The notes: generated by a model from the letters alone, not told the origin. A stretch of 64,000 nucleotides of DNA from Prochlorococcus sp. AG-363-M17 (GCA_003278365.1 QCFS01000004.1:692-64691), one strand, 5' to 3'; counted from the first letter of the stretch, positions 29,998-41,400 are shown. A program made the numbers and translations.

Positions 29998-30644
29998 CAC
30001 GCTCTCCCTACAACAAACAACCGCGACGTAGAGAATCAAATAATGATCGAAGAAGACTGACTCCCAACAAGGATGGGTATAGGAGTAATTATGCAAATCA
30101 AGAATATCGTGAACGACGACGTCCTCCTTCCCCTCCTAGTGGTGGTGGAAGTGGTGGGATTGGACTAAATACCAACACCATTGCTGTAATAGCAGGGGTA
30201 CTAGTTGTAGGGATTGGCATAGGCAGTGCAATCACAAGTACCACTCAAGGAGGTCAAGGCAACATTGCAAGCCAACAGCAACTAGATATGGCAGTACCAG
30301 ATCCCGAATTCTGTAGACAGTGGGGTGCTAGCGCTTTTGTAATCGATATTGAGATGTACACAACACTCAATCCCTCTACGAGTTTTGTAACACAACCAGC
30401 TTTGCAACCAGGATGTGTGATTCGAAGGGAAAACTGGACTGTATTACAGAAACAAGGGGCTATTACGAACGAAGACGTAAGAGAATGCAAGCAAAGGATG
30501 AATACATTCGCATATATAGGTTCAATTAGAGATAATCCAGTCGTGCGCTGTGTTTATCAAGCAGATGTCAATGAAAACAAATTCATTACCAAAGGAGTGG
30601 CTGAAGATGCAGCAGGGGTGAATCAAGAAGCCATTCAATTCTGA
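29994..30644 (+). CDS. DUF3172-like membrane protein
   Basis: Arg-rich N-terminus, one [29 protein letters not shown]. Confidence 0.75.
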   Translation: MTRSPYNKQPRRRESNNDRRRLTPNKDGYRSNYANQEYRERRRPPSPPSGGGSGGIGLNTNTIAVIAGVLVVGIGIGSAITSTTQGGQGNIASQQQLDMAVPDPEFCRQWGASAFVIDIEMYTTLNPSTSFVTQPALQPGCVIRRENWTVLQKQGAITNEDVRECKQRMNTFAYIGSIRDNPVVRCVYQADVNENKFITKGVAEDAAGVNQEAIQF

Positions 30645-30682
30645 AGTTTTTCCAAAATTGGTAATTCAGACTCTCTGCACGA

Positions 30683-31624
30683 TTATTTCCTTAAGGGACT
30701 ATCTGTACTAGCAAACACCGGCAAAACATCCTGTCTAAAAGCCTCAGAAGCTCTCGAACAATACCGAGCAGGGTGGGAGATCAGCTTCAATTGTCGTCGC
30801 ACCTGAAGGTCTACAACAATTGGCTTATGGACCGTTCCAGCTGTGAGTTCACGTTCAATTGAAACTACTGGTAGAAAAGCTGCTCCTAGGCCTGCCTGAA
30901 CAGCATTTTTAATTGCTTCAAGTGAATTCAGCTCCATTTCAATTCTTAAGCGCTGAACATCTAAACCCGAACTAGTAAGAAGTTGATCCACCATCTTTCT
31001 GGTAGTGGACTGTGTATCCAGACTTACAAACCCCAATCTATAAAGATCTTCCTTTGTTAATTCATTCAATCTTGCCAATGGATGCTTAACAGGAATGACT
31101 AATGCAACTTCATCGGTGGCATAAGGAACTACCTGTAGCAATTCATTTAGCTCGGCAGGAAGTTCACCACCAATAATTGCAAGATCAATCTGTCCATTAG
31201 CAACACTCCAGCCCGTTCTACGGGTGCTATGCACTTGCAACTGAACTGCAACATCTGGATACTTCTGTCGAAATAAGCCAATCATGCGAGGCATTAGGTA
31301 AGTACCAGTGGTCTGACTAGCTCCTACCACCAAAGACCCACCTTTGAGATCATGAAGATCATCTAGTGCTCTACACGCTTCCTGGCATTGGCTCAGAATT
31401 CTTTCGCAATAACCCAGAAGCAGCTGACCAGCTTCAGTTAATTGAGCTTTACGTCCGCCTCTATCAAATAGAGCAACCTCAAGCTGTTTCTCAAGATTTT
31501 GGATCTGAAGACTTACAGCTGGTTGGGTCACATAAAGACTGTCTGCAGCTTTTTTAAAGCTGCCTTCACGTTCTATAGCTCGTAAGATTCTTAATTGATC
31601 AAGAGTGAAGGGCAGTTCGGCCAT
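30683..31624 (-). CDS. rbcR: LysR-family regulator RbcR/Ycf30
   Basis: [11 protein letters not shown]...[20 protein letters not shown]; [13 protein letters not shown]. Confidence 0.9.
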   Translation of the reverse strand: MAELPFTLDQLRILRAIEREGSFKKAADSLYVTQPAVSLQIQNLEKQLEVALFDRGGRKAQLTEAGQLLLGYCERILSQCQEACRALDDLHDLKGGSLVVGASQTTGTYLMPRMIGLFRQKYPDVAVQLQVHSTRRTGWSVANGQIDLAIIGGELPAELNELLQVVPYATDEVALVIPVKHPLARLNELTKEDLYRLGFVSLDTQSTTRKMVDQLLTSSGLDVQRLRIEMELNSLEAIKNAVQAGLGAAFLPVVSIERELTAGTVHKPIVVDLQVRRQLKLISHPARYCSRASEAFRQDVLPVFASTDSPLRK

Positions 31625-31711
31625 GGCAACTGCCTAACTGACAGCAACAATAGAAAAAATGTAATCGGGAACCTCGCCATCCCAAAATCTACTAACTAAT
31701 TTCAACCGACA

Positions 31712-32458
31712 TTGGAACAAACTTCTATCCACGCCATTCACCAAAGTAGCCTGGTAATGCTTGTGTTGATAATCATTTTCGCGCTCATTCATAGTGGAGG
31801 GGCGGCTCTTAGACCTCAAGCTGAGAATCTTATAGGTCCTAGAGCATGGAGATTAATTTTTGCATCTGCCAGCATTCCTTCAGCATTCGTTTTAATTTGG
31901 TTCTTCTTAGCTCATCGTTATGACGGTTTACTCCTTTGGAACCTCCAAGGAGTTCCTCAGATCAAAACATTGATATGGATCATTAGTGCTATGAGCTTTC
32001 TATTTCTATACCCAGCCACTTATAACCTTCTTGAAATACCAGCAGTCAAAAAGCCTCAATTAAAACTTTATTCATCAGGCATTATTAGAGTTAGTAGGCA
32101 CCCTCAAGCGATTGGGCAAATTCTTTGGTGTATAGCCCATTCCATCTGGATTGGTACAAGCTTCATGTTAATAACATCTGTTGGATTAATTGCCCATCAC
32201 CTATTTGCCATCTGGCATGGAGATCAAAGACTTCAAAAAAAATTTGGGACTAAGTTCTTAGAAATAAAAAAGAATACTTCTATCATCCCGTTTTTAGCTG
32301 TTCTAGATGGTCGACAAAAATTAGTGTTCAAAGAGTTCCTTAAGCCCTCTCAGGTCGGCATATTGATAGCCATATCGCTTTTCTGGTGGTCGCACCGTTT
32401 TATTCCAATTGCTACCCAATTATTTTTTTCTTCACAGCTAACCGAACTCCTGAGATGA
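31712..32458 (+). CDS. NnrU-family membrane protein, likely 15-cis-zeta-carotene isomerase (Z-ISO)
   Basis: HSGGAALR, GIIRVSRHPQ, HHLFAIWHGD, TSIIPF; close to crtB and pds. Confidence 0.8.
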   Translation: MEQTSIHAIHQSSLVMLVLIIIFALIHSGGAALRPQAENLIGPRAWRLIFASASIPSAFVLIWFFLAHRYDGLLLWNLQGVPQIKTLIWIISAMSFLFLYPATYNLLEIPAVKKPQLKLYSSGIIRVSRHPQAIGQILWCIAHSIWIGTSFMLITSVGLIAHHLFAIWHGDQRLQKKFGTKFLEIKKNTSIIPFLAVLDGRQKLVFKEFLKPSQVGILIAISLFWWSHRFIPIATQLFFSSQLTELLR

Positions 32459-32495
32459 AATACTTACTACACTCCTTGGAGACTGAAACGTTCTA

Positions 32496-34508
32496 ATGCC
32501 CTCGGCCGCAGAAGTTGCTTGGTTAATTCCATTACTGCCTTTAATCGGTGCAGTGGCTACTGGGATGGGATTAATTAGCTTTAATGCAGAAGTAAATCGT
32601 CTAAGAAAGCCTGTAGCTATTACCCTTCTGAGCTGCTTAGGAGCATCTGCTGTTCTCAGCTATGCAGTACTTGCTGAACAACTTTCAGGCGGACCTACCG
32701 TAGAACATCTTTTCATTTGGGCCAGTGCAGGCAGTTTCACCTTGCCCATGGGCTACGTGATAGATCCACTTGGGGCAATCATGCTCTCTCTGGTAACAAC
32801 AATCGCTCTATTAGTCATGGTCTATTCCCATGGCTATATGGCACACGACAAAGGATATGTTCGTTTTTTCACCTATTTAGCTCTATTCAGTAGTTCAATG
32901 CTTGGGCTGATTGTCAGCCCAAATCTTCTTGAAATATATGTCTTTTGGGAACTAGTAGGGATGTGCTCTTACCTGCTTGTAGGTTTCTGGTATGACAGAG
33001 AAGGAGCCGCGCATGCAGCCCAAAAAGCTTTCATCGTTAATAGGGTTGGGGATTTTGGACTACTTCTAGGGATCTTGGGCCTTTTCTGGGCTACCAATAG
33101 TTTTGATTTCTTAGGAATTGCGAATGGTCTTTCAGCAGGTATTTCGGAAGGAAGAGTTCCAGAATGGGCAGCATTGACCTTATGTCTTTTGGTCTTCATG
33201 GGACCAATGGCTAAGTCAGCCCAATTCCCTCTACATGTATGGCTTCCGGATGCCATGGAAGGTCCTACACCTATTTCTGCATTGATTCATGCAGCAACCA
33301 TGGTGGCTGCAGGAGTTTTCTTAGTTGCAAGATTAGAGCCGATATATAGCCAGTTTCCACTTGTAGGTCTTGTAATAGCAATTATTGGAACTATTACCTG
33401 TTTCCTTGGAGCATCTATTGCATTAACGCAAATGGATCTCAAAAAAGGTTTGGCCTACAGCACCGTTTCTCAACTTGGCTACATGATGCTTGCCATGGGA
33501 TGTGGTGCTCCTATCGCAGGAATGTTCCATTTAGTAACTCATGCTTTCTTCAAAGCAATGCTATTCCTTGGATCTGGATCAGTAATTCATGCCATGGAAG
33601 AGGTTGTAGGGCACCAACCAGTCCTGGCTCAAGATATGAGGCTTATGGGGGGATTAAGAAAAAAAATGCCTATTACATCCACAACATTTTTAATAGGCTG
33701 TATTGCGATAAGTGGAATTCCTCCTTTAGCGGGTTTTTGGAGCAAAGATGAAATTCTTGGACAAGCTTTTAATACTTATCCATTCCTCTGGTTAATTGGC
33801 TTTCTTACAGCTGGTATGACTGCTTTCTATATGTTCCGCCTCTATTTCCTTACATTCGAAGGAGATTTCCGAGGAGAAAATACAAAGCTCCAAGCTGAAC
33901 TCCTTAAACTTTCAGGAGAATCAATTGATGATGAACATATTCACAAGCCAGGGGTTTTACATGAATCATCTAAACCCATGACAATTCCCCTAGCAGTATT
34001 AGCGGTTCCTTCAGTAATCATTGGATTAATGGGAACCCCATGGAATAGCAAATTTGCAAACTTGCTTGATCCCAAGGAAGCTCTAGAGATGTCCCAAAAT
34101 TTTCATTGGACAGAATTTCTATCACTTGCAGGAGCTTCTGTTGCAATTTCAAGCTCAGGAATATGCTTAGCAGTTTTTGCCTACTATTTACATCGCATTG
34201 ATTTGCAGAAAATCTTTGTCAATCGCTTCCCTCAAATCAATCTTTTTCTTCAAAATAAATGGTACCTAGATGACATCAATGAAAAGATTTTCGTGAGAGG
34301 CAGCCGAAAGCTTGCCAAAGAAGTTCTTGAGGTGGACGCCAAAGTTGTTGATGGCGTAGTAAATCTCACGGGACTTCTAACCCTAGGTAGCGGAGAAGGA
34401 TTGAAGTACTTCGAAACAGGCCGAGCCCAATTTTATGCACTGATTGTTTTTGGCGGAGTAATAGCCCTGGTGGCACTTTTCGGAGTATTAGGTCCATCGC
34501 CAACGTGA
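32496..34508 (+). CDS. ndhF: NDH-1 subunit F1 (chain 5)
   Basis: FWELVGMCSYLL, NRVGDFG, KSAQFPLHVWLPDAMEGPTP. Confidence 0.95.
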   Translation: MPSAAEVAWLIPLLPLIGAVATGMGLISFNAEVNRLRKPVAITLLSCLGASAVLSYAVLAEQLSGGPTVEHLFIWASAGSFTLPMGYVIDPLGAIMLSLVTTIALLVMVYSHGYMAHDKGYVRFFTYLALFSSSMLGLIVSPNLLEIYVFWELVGMCSYLLVGFWYDREGAAHAAQKAFIVNRVGDFGLLLGILGLFWATNSFDFLGIANGLSAGISEGRVPEWAALTLCLLVFMGPMAKSAQFPLHVWLPDAMEGPTPISALIHAATMVAAGVFLVARLEPIYSQFPLVGLVIAIIGTITCFLGASIALTQMDLKKGLAYSTVSQLGYMMLAMGCGAPIAGMFHLVTHAFFKAMLFLGSGSVIHAMEEVVGHQPVLAQDMRLMGGLRKKMPITSTTFLIGCIAISGIPPLAGFWSKDEILGQAFNTYPFLWLIGFLTAGMTAFYMFRLYFLTFEGDFRGENTKLQAELLKLSGESIDDEHIHKPGVLHESSKPMTIPLAVLAVPSVIIGLMGTPWNSKFANLLDPKEALEMSQNFHWTEFLSLAGASVAISSSGICLAVFAYYLHRIDLQKIFVNRFPQINLFLQNKWYLDDINEKIFVRGSRKLAKEVLEVDAKVVDGVVNLTGLLTLGSGEGLKYFETGRAQFYALIVFGGVIALVALFGVLGPSPT

Positions 34509-34603
34509 TGAAAATCTTGATCTTATGTGTCAACGCCTATAAACCAGATGCGAGAAGCTCAAGGATTTCTACACTCCGGTCAATGGTTAGCCCCCCCTTT
34601 TAA

Positions 34604-36256
34604 GTGTTGGAGTTTGCCCTAGATGCGACCATTAGGCCAGGGAGTGGTCTAATCGAAGCAGAGTTCTTAGCTAATTTCCCCTGGCTAAGCCTCTCCATAC
34701 TCTTCCCAATAGCTGGATCCTTTGTAGTTCCCTTCATACCCGATAAAGGGGAGGGCAAAGAAGTTCGATGGTTTGCGCTTGGGATTGCGCTGGTCACCTT
34801 TCTAATCACCATTGGGGCTTACCTCAGTGGTTTTGATCCAAGCAGTAACGAGCTTCAACTTTCAGAAAGGGTGAGTTGGGTCCCAGATTTAGGGCTGAAT
34901 TGGGCAGTTGGAGCAGATGGCCTTTCTATGCCATTAATTCTCCTCACAAGCTTCATAACTGCATTAGCAGTGCTAGCAGCCTGGCCTGTCAGTTTCAAAC
35001 CAAAGCTTTTCTACTTTTTAATACTGGCCATGGATGGTGGTCAAATAGCAGTTTTTGCGGTTCAAGACATGTTGCTGTTTTTTCTAGCTTGGGAGTTAGA
35101 GCTTTTACCTGTATATCTATTACTTGCAATCTGGGGTGGAAAGAAACGTCAATATGCAGCAACTAAGTTCATTATCTATACAGCAGGAAGCTCATTATTT
35201 ATTCTTCTTGTAGCCCTGGCAATGGGGTTTTTTGGTGGAGGAGTACCTAATTTTGAATACACTAACCTTGCAGCGAAAAATTATGGTTCAGCATTTCAAT
35301 TACTTTGCTATGCAGGTCTTTTAATTGCTTTTGGAGTAAAGCTTCCAATCGTTCCATTACATACCTGGCTTCCAGATGCTCATGGAGAAGCCACAGCCCC
35401 AGTTCATATGCTCCTAGCAGGCATACTATTAAAAATGGGAGGCTATGCATTACTAAGATTTAATGCCCAACTTTTACCTGATGCGCATGCACAATTCGCG
35501 CCTCTTTTAATCATTCTTGGTGTTGTAAATATAATATATGCAGCACTCACATCATTCGCACAAAGAAACCTAAAAAGAAAGATTGCCTACAGCTCGATTA
35601 GTCACATGGGCTTTGTCCTAATTGGCATAGGAAGCTTTACTGAACTTGGAACCAGTGGGGCGATGTTACAGATGATTAGCCATGGTCTCATAGGAGCAAG
35701 TCTCTTCTTTCTTGTTGGCGCAACCTACGACCGTACTCATACTTTGCAACTGGATGAAATGGGTGGAGTAGGTCAAAAAATGCGAATAATGTTTGCTTTA
35801 TGGACTGTCTGTTCTCTTGCCTCACTTGCACTTCCAGGAATGAGTGGATTTGTTTCGGAATTAATGGTTTTCGCAGGGTTAGTTACTGACGAAGCTTATA
35901 CACTTCCATTCAGAGTTGTGATTGCAGCTTTAGCTGCAATAGGGGTAATACTAACGCCTATTTATTTACTCTCAATGCTTCGAGAGATCTTCTATGGGAA
36001 AGAGAATAAAACACTTTCTTCTAACAGAAAGCTTATAGATGCTGAGCCAAGAGAAATTTATATAATTGGATGTCTACTAGTTCCAATAATTGGAATTGGA
36101 TTATATCCAAGACTAATAACTGACAGCTATACAGCATCTATTGAGGCTCTTGTTAAGCGAGACACAGGAGCTCTAGAGCATATTCGCCAACCTACTGCCC
36201 CGATGATTCGCAGTAGAAATCTAGTAGGGGCAATAATTACCGCTCCAACAATCTAA
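34604..36256 (+). CDS. ndhD: NDH-1 subunit D1 (chain 4)
   Basis: [30 protein letters not shown]. Confidence 0.95.
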   Translation: MLEFALDATIRPGSGLIEAEFLANFPWLSLSILFPIAGSFVVPFIPDKGEGKEVRWFALGIALVTFLITIGAYLSGFDPSSNELQLSERVSWVPDLGLNWAVGADGLSMPLILLTSFITALAVLAAWPVSFKPKLFYFLILAMDGGQIAVFAVQDMLLFFLAWELELLPVYLLLAIWGGKKRQYAATKFIIYTAGSSLFILLVALAMGFFGGGVPNFEYTNLAAKNYGSAFQLLCYAGLLIAFGVKLPIVPLHTWLPDAHGEATAPVHMLLAGILLKMGGYALLRFNAQLLPDAHAQFAPLLIILGVVNIIYAALTSFAQRNLKRKIAYSSISHMGFVLIGIGSFTELGTSGAMLQMISHGLIGASLFFLVGATYDRTHTLQLDEMGGVGQKMRIMFALWTVCSLASLALPGMSGFVSELMVFAGLVTDEAYTLPFRVVIAALAAIGVILTPIYLLSMLREIFYGKENKTLSSNRKLIDAEPREIYIIGCLLVPIIGIGLYPRLITDSYTASIEALVKRDTGALEHIRQPTAPMIRSRNLVGAIITAPTI

Positions 36257-36363
36257 GTCCTGCAATTTTTTCAACAGAAGAAATTCTCCGATTATGCAAA
36301 GAAAAACAATTAAAGGCACTGGCACCTTCTCCTCAAGGTTGATAACTTGCACCAAGCATCTTT

Positions 36364-37260
36364 TTGATTTTGCAAGATGATGGTCTAAATAAAGGAGCGG
36401 ATTCAGCTGCAAGGCTGGCAATCCGATTGTTGCAAGATGCTGCTGAGAAAGGAGACTTAGATCCCTGGGATGTAGATGTAATTGCAGTGATAGATGGGTT
36501 TTTAGATCAATTACGTCAAAGAATTGAAGTACCTAAAAAGGTTGCGCACGCACTAAACCTTCAAGGTGGAAGTTATGAACAGGATTTAGCAGAAAGCAGT
36601 GAGGCCTTTTTAGCAGCATCAATATTGGTTGGTTTAAAAGCAGAAGTACTTGAAACTCAAACATTTCCCCCAGAGCCAATCGAAGATGATGGTTTTGAAG
36701 ATGAGCTGGGCGAGCAAGGATGGCTTGATCCAAGCTTTATTCTGCCTGCAAGGCCAGAGAAACACCTTCTTAGGCGTCCAGTAGCCCCTCCTCCTCTTCG
36801 AAGGCCAGTCAGCCTAGGAGAGCTGATAGAGCAGCTTGAATCAATTGCCAAGCAACTTGAATCCGATGATTTGGAACAGAGGCGCAGAAACAAAAGAAAG
36901 CGTTTTAGCGAAAGAGAAGCAATTGCTCAAGTAACAGCACTTGCACACAGAGAAAAACTTCCCGAAACCACTGCCGCCTTAGGTGTATTTCTAAAGAGTT
37001 GGGAGCAAGCCATGCATTGGATTGATTTCGAGACATTAGTCAGCCATTGGAAACAAGTAGCTTCTGAAGATCTGGATACTGATCGCGTTGGAGTGTTCTG
37101 GGCACTTTTATTCCTCTGCTCTCAAGGCAAAATTGAACTTGAACAACAAGGGTCTTTATTCGCTCCTATGCGCCTCAAACGAATACTTTCACCAGGTTCT
37201 TTCGCACAACTTCCCCTGCAAACAATGGACGTGCCAGATGCCACGCCGGCCGCAGCTTAA
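36364..37260 (+). CDS. scpA: Segregation and condensation protein A
   Basis: LDPWDVDV, FLAASILVGLKA, VFWALLFL winged-helix C-terminus. Confidence 0.85.
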   Translation: MILQDDGLNKGADSAARLAIRLLQDAAEKGDLDPWDVDVIAVIDGFLDQLRQRIEVPKKVAHALNLQGGSYEQDLAESSEAFLAASILVGLKAEVLETQTFPPEPIEDDGFEDELGEQGWLDPSFILPARPEKHLLRRPVAPPPLRRPVSLGELIEQLESIAKQLESDDLEQRRRNKRKRFSEREAIAQVTALAHREKLPETTAALGVFLKSWEQAMHWIDFETLVSHWKQVASEDLDTDRVGVFWALLFLCSQGKIELEQQGSLFAPMRLKRILSPGSFAQLPLQTMDVPDATPAAA

Positions 37261-37316
37261 AGGGGATGGATGATGGGCGTCTATGTTGTTTCACTAGCTG
37301 AAGCTCCACAACGCCT

Positions 37317-38495
37317 ATGAAGGCGATGATTCTGGCAGCAGGCAAAGGGACACGAGTTCAACCGATCACACACGTGATCCCCAAGCCCATGATTCCAATT
37401 CTGCAGAAACCCGTGATGGAGTTTCTGCTGGAACTCCTTAAGGAGCACGGATTTAAAGAAGTCATGGTGAACGTTTCTCACCTCGCAGAAGAAATAGAAA
37501 ATTATTTCAGAGATGGGCAGCGTTTTGGTGTCGAGATTGCTTATAGCTTCGAAGGACGAATTGAAGATGGTGAGTTAATTGGAGATGCTCTTGGATCGGC
37601 AGGTGGTCTAAAAAAAATTCAAGACTTCCAAGAATTCTTTGACGACACTTTTGTAGTTCTTTGTGGTGATGCTCTTATAGATCTTGATCTATCAGAAGCT
37701 GTAAAGCGCCATCGTGAAAAAGGTGCTTTGGCAAGTTTAATAACTAAAAAGGTGCCAAAAGACCAGGTTAGTAGTTATGGAGTTGTGGTCAGTGATGAGA
37801 ATGACCTTGTTCAAGCATTCCAAGAAAAGCCCAATGTGGATGAAGCGTTAAGTGACACAATAAATACTGGAATTTATCTTTTTGAGCCTGAGATCTTTGA
37901 GCATATTCCTTCAGGTAAGCCCTTCGATATTGGTTCTGATCTTTTCCCAAAATTAGTCAATATGAAAGCTCCTTTTTATGCCCTACCCATGGATTTTGAG
38001 TGGGTAGACATAGGCAAAGTTCCTGATTATTGGCAAGCAATACGTAGTGTTCTTCAAGGGGACGTAAGACAAATCGGAATTCCAGGGAAAGAAGTAAGGC
38101 CTGGGATTTTTGCAGGTTTAAATGTTGCCGCAAACTGGGACAAAATAGAAGTCAAAGGCCCTATATATGTTGGTGGCATGACTAGAATAGAAGATGGGGC
38201 AACAATTATCGGTCCATCAATGATTGGTCCAAGCTGTTGTATTTGCGAAGGGGCAACTATAGATAATTCAATTATTTTTGATTACTCGAGAATCGGACCT
38301 GGAGTACAACTAGTAGAAAAGTTAGTCTTTGGAAGATATTGTGTTGGAAAGAATGGTAACCACTTTGACCTACAAGAAGCTGCTCTTGATTGGTTAATTA
38401 CTGATGCACGACGAAAAGATCTCGTAGAGCCTTCACCTCAACAAAAGGCGATGGCAGAGTTACTAGGCACTGACCTCACCGCTGCTGCAAATTAG
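37317..38495 (+). CDS. cugP: NDP-sugar synthase, cyanobacterial UDP-glucose pyrophosphorylase CugP-like
   Basis: MKAMILAAGKGTRV.PIT..IPKPMIPI; left-handed beta-helix C-terminus. Confidence 0.8.
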   Translation: MKAMILAAGKGTRVQPITHVIPKPMIPILQKPVMEFLLELLKEHGFKEVMVNVSHLAEEIENYFRDGQRFGVEIAYSFEGRIEDGELIGDALGSAGGLKKIQDFQEFFDDTFVVLCGDALIDLDLSEAVKRHREKGALASLITKKVPKDQVSSYGVVVSDENDLVQAFQEKPNVDEALSDTINTGIYLFEPEIFEHIPSGKPFDIGSDLFPKLVNMKAPFYALPMDFEWVDIGKVPDYWQAIRSVLQGDVRQIGIPGKEVRPGIFAGLNVAANWDKIEVKGPIYVGGMTRIEDGATIIGPSMIGPSCCICEGATIDNSIIFDYSRIGPGVQLVEKLVFGRYCVGKNGNHFDLQEAALDWLITDARRKDLVEPSPQQKAMAELLGTDLTAAAN

Positions 38496-39379
38496 TTGAT
38501 TCCTGCTTGGTCAAGAATCTGAGGAATTAAATTTTCAGCCTTTACAGCCATCATATGAACACCTTTAGCAATTGTTAGATAACTTTTGACCTGTTCGGCA
38601 GCTATCGCAATACCCTCCTGAATTGGATCAGATGCCTTCTCTAGGCGAACTATTAGCTCATCAGGAATACAAGCCCCAGGAACAACTCTATTGATAAATT
38701 GTGCATTCTTAGCTGATTTCAATAAAAAAACCCCCGCTAATACAGGCAAATTCAAAGGGTTGGCGACCTGAGAACAAAAACGTTGTAAAACAGCAGCGTC
38801 CATAACCATTTGGGTCTGCAAAAACCTTGCACCAGCCTCTTTTTTTCTTTTTAACCTGCTTATAAGCCCTGTGTAGCTTTGACAATTAGGGTCAGCAGCG
38901 GCTCCAGCAAAAAAATTTGTTCCTCCATCTGGTAACAAACCCTTAACAGGGTCCTCAGCACGGTTCAATGAAGCGACTTGTTGAAGAAGTTTGACAGATT
39001 CATAATCATTTACAGACCTTGCGGCTGGTTGATCTCCAACCCTCACAGGATCTCCAGTCAAGCAAAGTAAATTCCTGATACCTAATGCATGCGACCCAAG
39101 TAAGTCAGCCTGCAGAGCAATCCTATTCCTATCTCTACAACCAACTTGAAGAACAGGCTCTAACCCTGCCTCTAAAAGCAATTTACAAACTGCCAGACTG
39201 CTCATGCGCATGACAGCCCTACTACCATCTGTGACATTAATCGCATTAACTCGCCCCCGTAATAGCTCAGCCATAGCAAGGGCTTTTTCAGGATTAGCCC
39301 CTCTTGGGGGCATAATCTCTGCAGTTATCGTTAATGCTCCGACTTCTAGGGACCTTTGAAGCGCAGAGATCAAAACCAT
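38492..39379 (-). CDS. metF: Methylenetetrahydrofolate reductase
   Basis: TAEIMPP, NVTDG, CRDRN, LTGDP, QTQ. Confidence 0.92.
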   Translation of the reverse strand: MVLISALQRSLEVGALTITAEIMPPRGANPEKALAMAELLRGRVNAINVTDGSRAVMRMSSLAVCKLLLEAGLEPVLQVGCRDRNRIALQADLLGSHALGIRNLLCLTGDPVRVGDQPAARSVNDYESVKLLQQVASLNRAEDPVKGLLPDGGTNFFAGAAADPNCQSYTGLISRLKRKKEAGARFLQTQMVMDAAVLQRFCSQVANPLNLPVLAGVFLLKSAKNAQFINRVVPGACIPDELIVRLEKASDPIQEGIAIAAEQVKSYLTIAKGVHMMAVKAENLIPQILDQAGIN

Positions 39380-39447
39380 TAATTCATAACGTACTTACTA
39401 TGCCTAAGTCTGCCTAAGATGCGTAAGAAGGGCTAAGAGAGAGGTTA

Positions 39448-39729
39448 ATGAACTCAGGCGAAATCTCTGATTCAGGCCAGATGTCCCTATCTGCTAGGGA
39501 AATGGAAATTGTTGAGCTTGTGGCAAGTGGTTTAACTAACCAAGAAATCGCAGAACGATTAACAATCAGCAAGAGGACCGTAGATAATCATGTAAGCAAC
39601 ATGTTTACAAAAACTGGATCCAAGAACAGGGTTGCCCTTCTTAACTGGGCAATGGATCACGGGAAAATCTGCAGAGACGGTTTCAATTGTTGCTCTCTTC
39701 CCGACGACGAGGCTTCCGCTGATCCCTAA
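39448..39729 (+). CDS. pedR: Small LuxR-type regulator, PedR-like
   Basis: LSAREMEI...GLTNQEIA..LTISKRTVDNH helix-turn-helix plus C-terminal KICRDGFNCC cysteine motif. Confidence 0.8.
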   Translation: MNSGEISDSGQMSLSAREMEIVELVASGLTNQEIAERLTISKRTVDNHVSNMFTKTGSKNRVALLNWAMDHGKICRDGFNCCSLPDDEASADP

Positions 39730-39874
39730 CAAAGAACTTTCCTTCTTGATCAGGCAGTGACATCAACGAACAGCCAGCCGAAGGAAGATCGAACAATTCT
39801 GCATAGGCCAAACAAGCCTCTCTATCCACCCCTATAAAGCGGAGGATTCCATCAGTATCATATAAACCAAACAA
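39683..39874 (-). CDS. Small hypothetical protein (63 aa)
   Basis: TTG start preceded by AGGAGG at 5-nt spacing; fills most of an otherwise empty gap; FGLYD..G.LRF...D.EAC.AYAELF. Confidence 0.65.
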   Translation of the reverse strand: MFGLYDTDGILRFIGVDREACLAYAELFDLPSAGCSLMSLPDQEGKFFVRDQRKPRRREESNN

Positions 39875-39953
39875 AACGACCTCCTGTATTCATTAAAGAG
39901 AGCTAAGAAAAGCCATTGGAAATATAAAGAGAATATAAAGGAAAAGGGGTCAA

Positions 39954-40451
39954 CTACGCAAAAAAGTTTTTTCGTTCCTCTTCAGGCCATTCTGAAAAAG
40001 GATTTTGGGCTAAAGCAGCATTTGTGAATTGTCCAACTCTTGTGACCTCCGAACCGCACCAATCAGGGACTTTCAATGCACTGGCTTCCGAAGTGAGCTC
40101 TATCTCTGCTAGTTCCAATGGATAGTTAGCTCCTTCAAAGGTATCAACAATCCAGGGTTCACCTTCAAAGATAAACTCATAGCGTTTTTTCACCAAACGA
40201 TACTGAGATAATTTCCATAGATCTTCTGCATCCCGCAAAGGAATCGAATATTCAAATTCATGGCGAGCAATACCTTCGGCAGGTGCTTTAAGAGTTAACC
40301 AAGCTGACTCTCCATTACTAATTCTCACACGGACAACTATTCCCGTTTTAGATACCACCAAATAACACTGGCGCAAGGATTTCCCAAAACCTGCATATGA
40401 ATGCCATCCCGGTGAAGAGACAAGAAAACGACGTTCGATCTCTAAAGGCAT
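39954..40451 (-). CDS. CYTH domain protein
   Basis: EIERRFLV, VRVR, LTLK, EFEY, VDTF, AEIEL, NAALA. Confidence 0.9.
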   Translation of the reverse strand: MPLEIERRFLVSSPGWHSYAGFGKSLRQCYLVVSKTGIVVRVRISNGESAWLTLKAPAEGIARHEFEYSIPLRDAEDLWKLSQYRLVKKRYEFIFEGEPWIVDTFEGANYPLELAEIELTSEASALKVPDWCGSEVTRVGQFTNAALAQNPFSEWPEEERKNFFA

Positions 40452-40455
40452 TAAA

Positions 40456-41391
40456 TCAACAATCAGAAGCCTCGCCTTTTACAAAACTACCGGTCCAATT
40501 CAATTTTCTTGTAAGACTTCTGTAATAAGAAGGGCTTTTTTCAAGCATCAACATCAATGCATAGTCTCGAGACCTTTGAACTACACAATGATCACCTGGA
40601 GAAAGTAATGCAAAACTAGTTCCATCTTTCCATAGCTTTACGCGACGATTCGACTCCCCTAAAGGCCTAATGACCATTCTTGAACCGGGAGGGACTACAA
40701 GATGTCGACTTGAGAGGCTCATTGGACAAATCGGACTAATAATTATCCCCTCTATACCAGGATGCAGAATTGGTCCACCTGTAGCCATTGCATATGCTGT
40801 TGAACCTGTTGGGGTGGCAAAAATCAATCCATCACCCTTGTAATGATCAACGACCTCTCCGTCGATCTCTAATTCAAGAGTGCAGGTTGGAGAGCTATCA
40901 ATATCACCATAAGCACGCATATAAAAATCATTTAAAGCAACATTTAAATGATTCTCTTTTCTCAAAAACTGATTCGGAATTTCATCAGAACTATAATCTT
41001 TAGCAAAAGATGCATGAAGCATCATTCTCCGTTCAATTGCAAAAGAGTCGTCTAAAATACGTTTCCATAAATTATTATCATCAAGCAATCTAGAGTCATG
41101 CGTCAGGAACCCCAAGTGGCCTCCTACATTGAAACTTAAAATAGGTATTTGGTGTGTCGCTAAATGACGGGCAGCACTTAATACTGTTCCATCCCCTCCA
41201 AGTACTACCGCTAAGTCAGGTAATCGCTCATTTAATAAAAGCATCTCTTTAATGGGACTATCATTTGGACTGCTTACAGTTACATAAACTTCTGCTCCAA
41301 AATCCTCAAGGATTCTTGAACATTTGAAAGCCTCATCCTTTGCTAATTTGCTGTTTCCTCGATATATAAGCCAAACAAAGTCGATACGCAT
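40456..41391 (-). CDS. nadK: NAD(+) kinase
   Basis: [31 protein letters not shown]. Confidence 0.94.
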   Translation of the reverse strand: MRIDFVWLIYRGNSKLAKDEAFKCSRILEDFGAEVYVTVSSPNDSPIKEMLLLNERLPDLAVVLGGDGTVLSAARHLATHQIPILSFNVGGHLGFLTHDSRLLDDNNLWKRILDDSFAIERRMMLHASFAKDYSSDEIPNQFLRKENHLNVALNDFYMRAYGDIDSSPTCTLELEIDGEVVDHYKGDGLIFATPTGSTAYAMATGGPILHPGIEGIIISPICPMSLSSRHLVVPPGSRMVIRPLGESNRRVKLWKDGTSFALLSPGDHCVVQRSRDYALMLMLEKSPSYYRSLTRKLNWTGSFVKGEASDC

Positions 41392-41400
41392 CTTTTATCC

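Noticed and set aside
30110-30160. CGA/CCT/GGT triplet runs
   Set aside because: They encode the Arg/Pro/Gly low-complexity linker of the DUF3172-like protein and are not a repeat element.
34591-34597. C7 tract just before ndhD
   Set aside because: Too short to argue for slippage-based regulation of a core gene.
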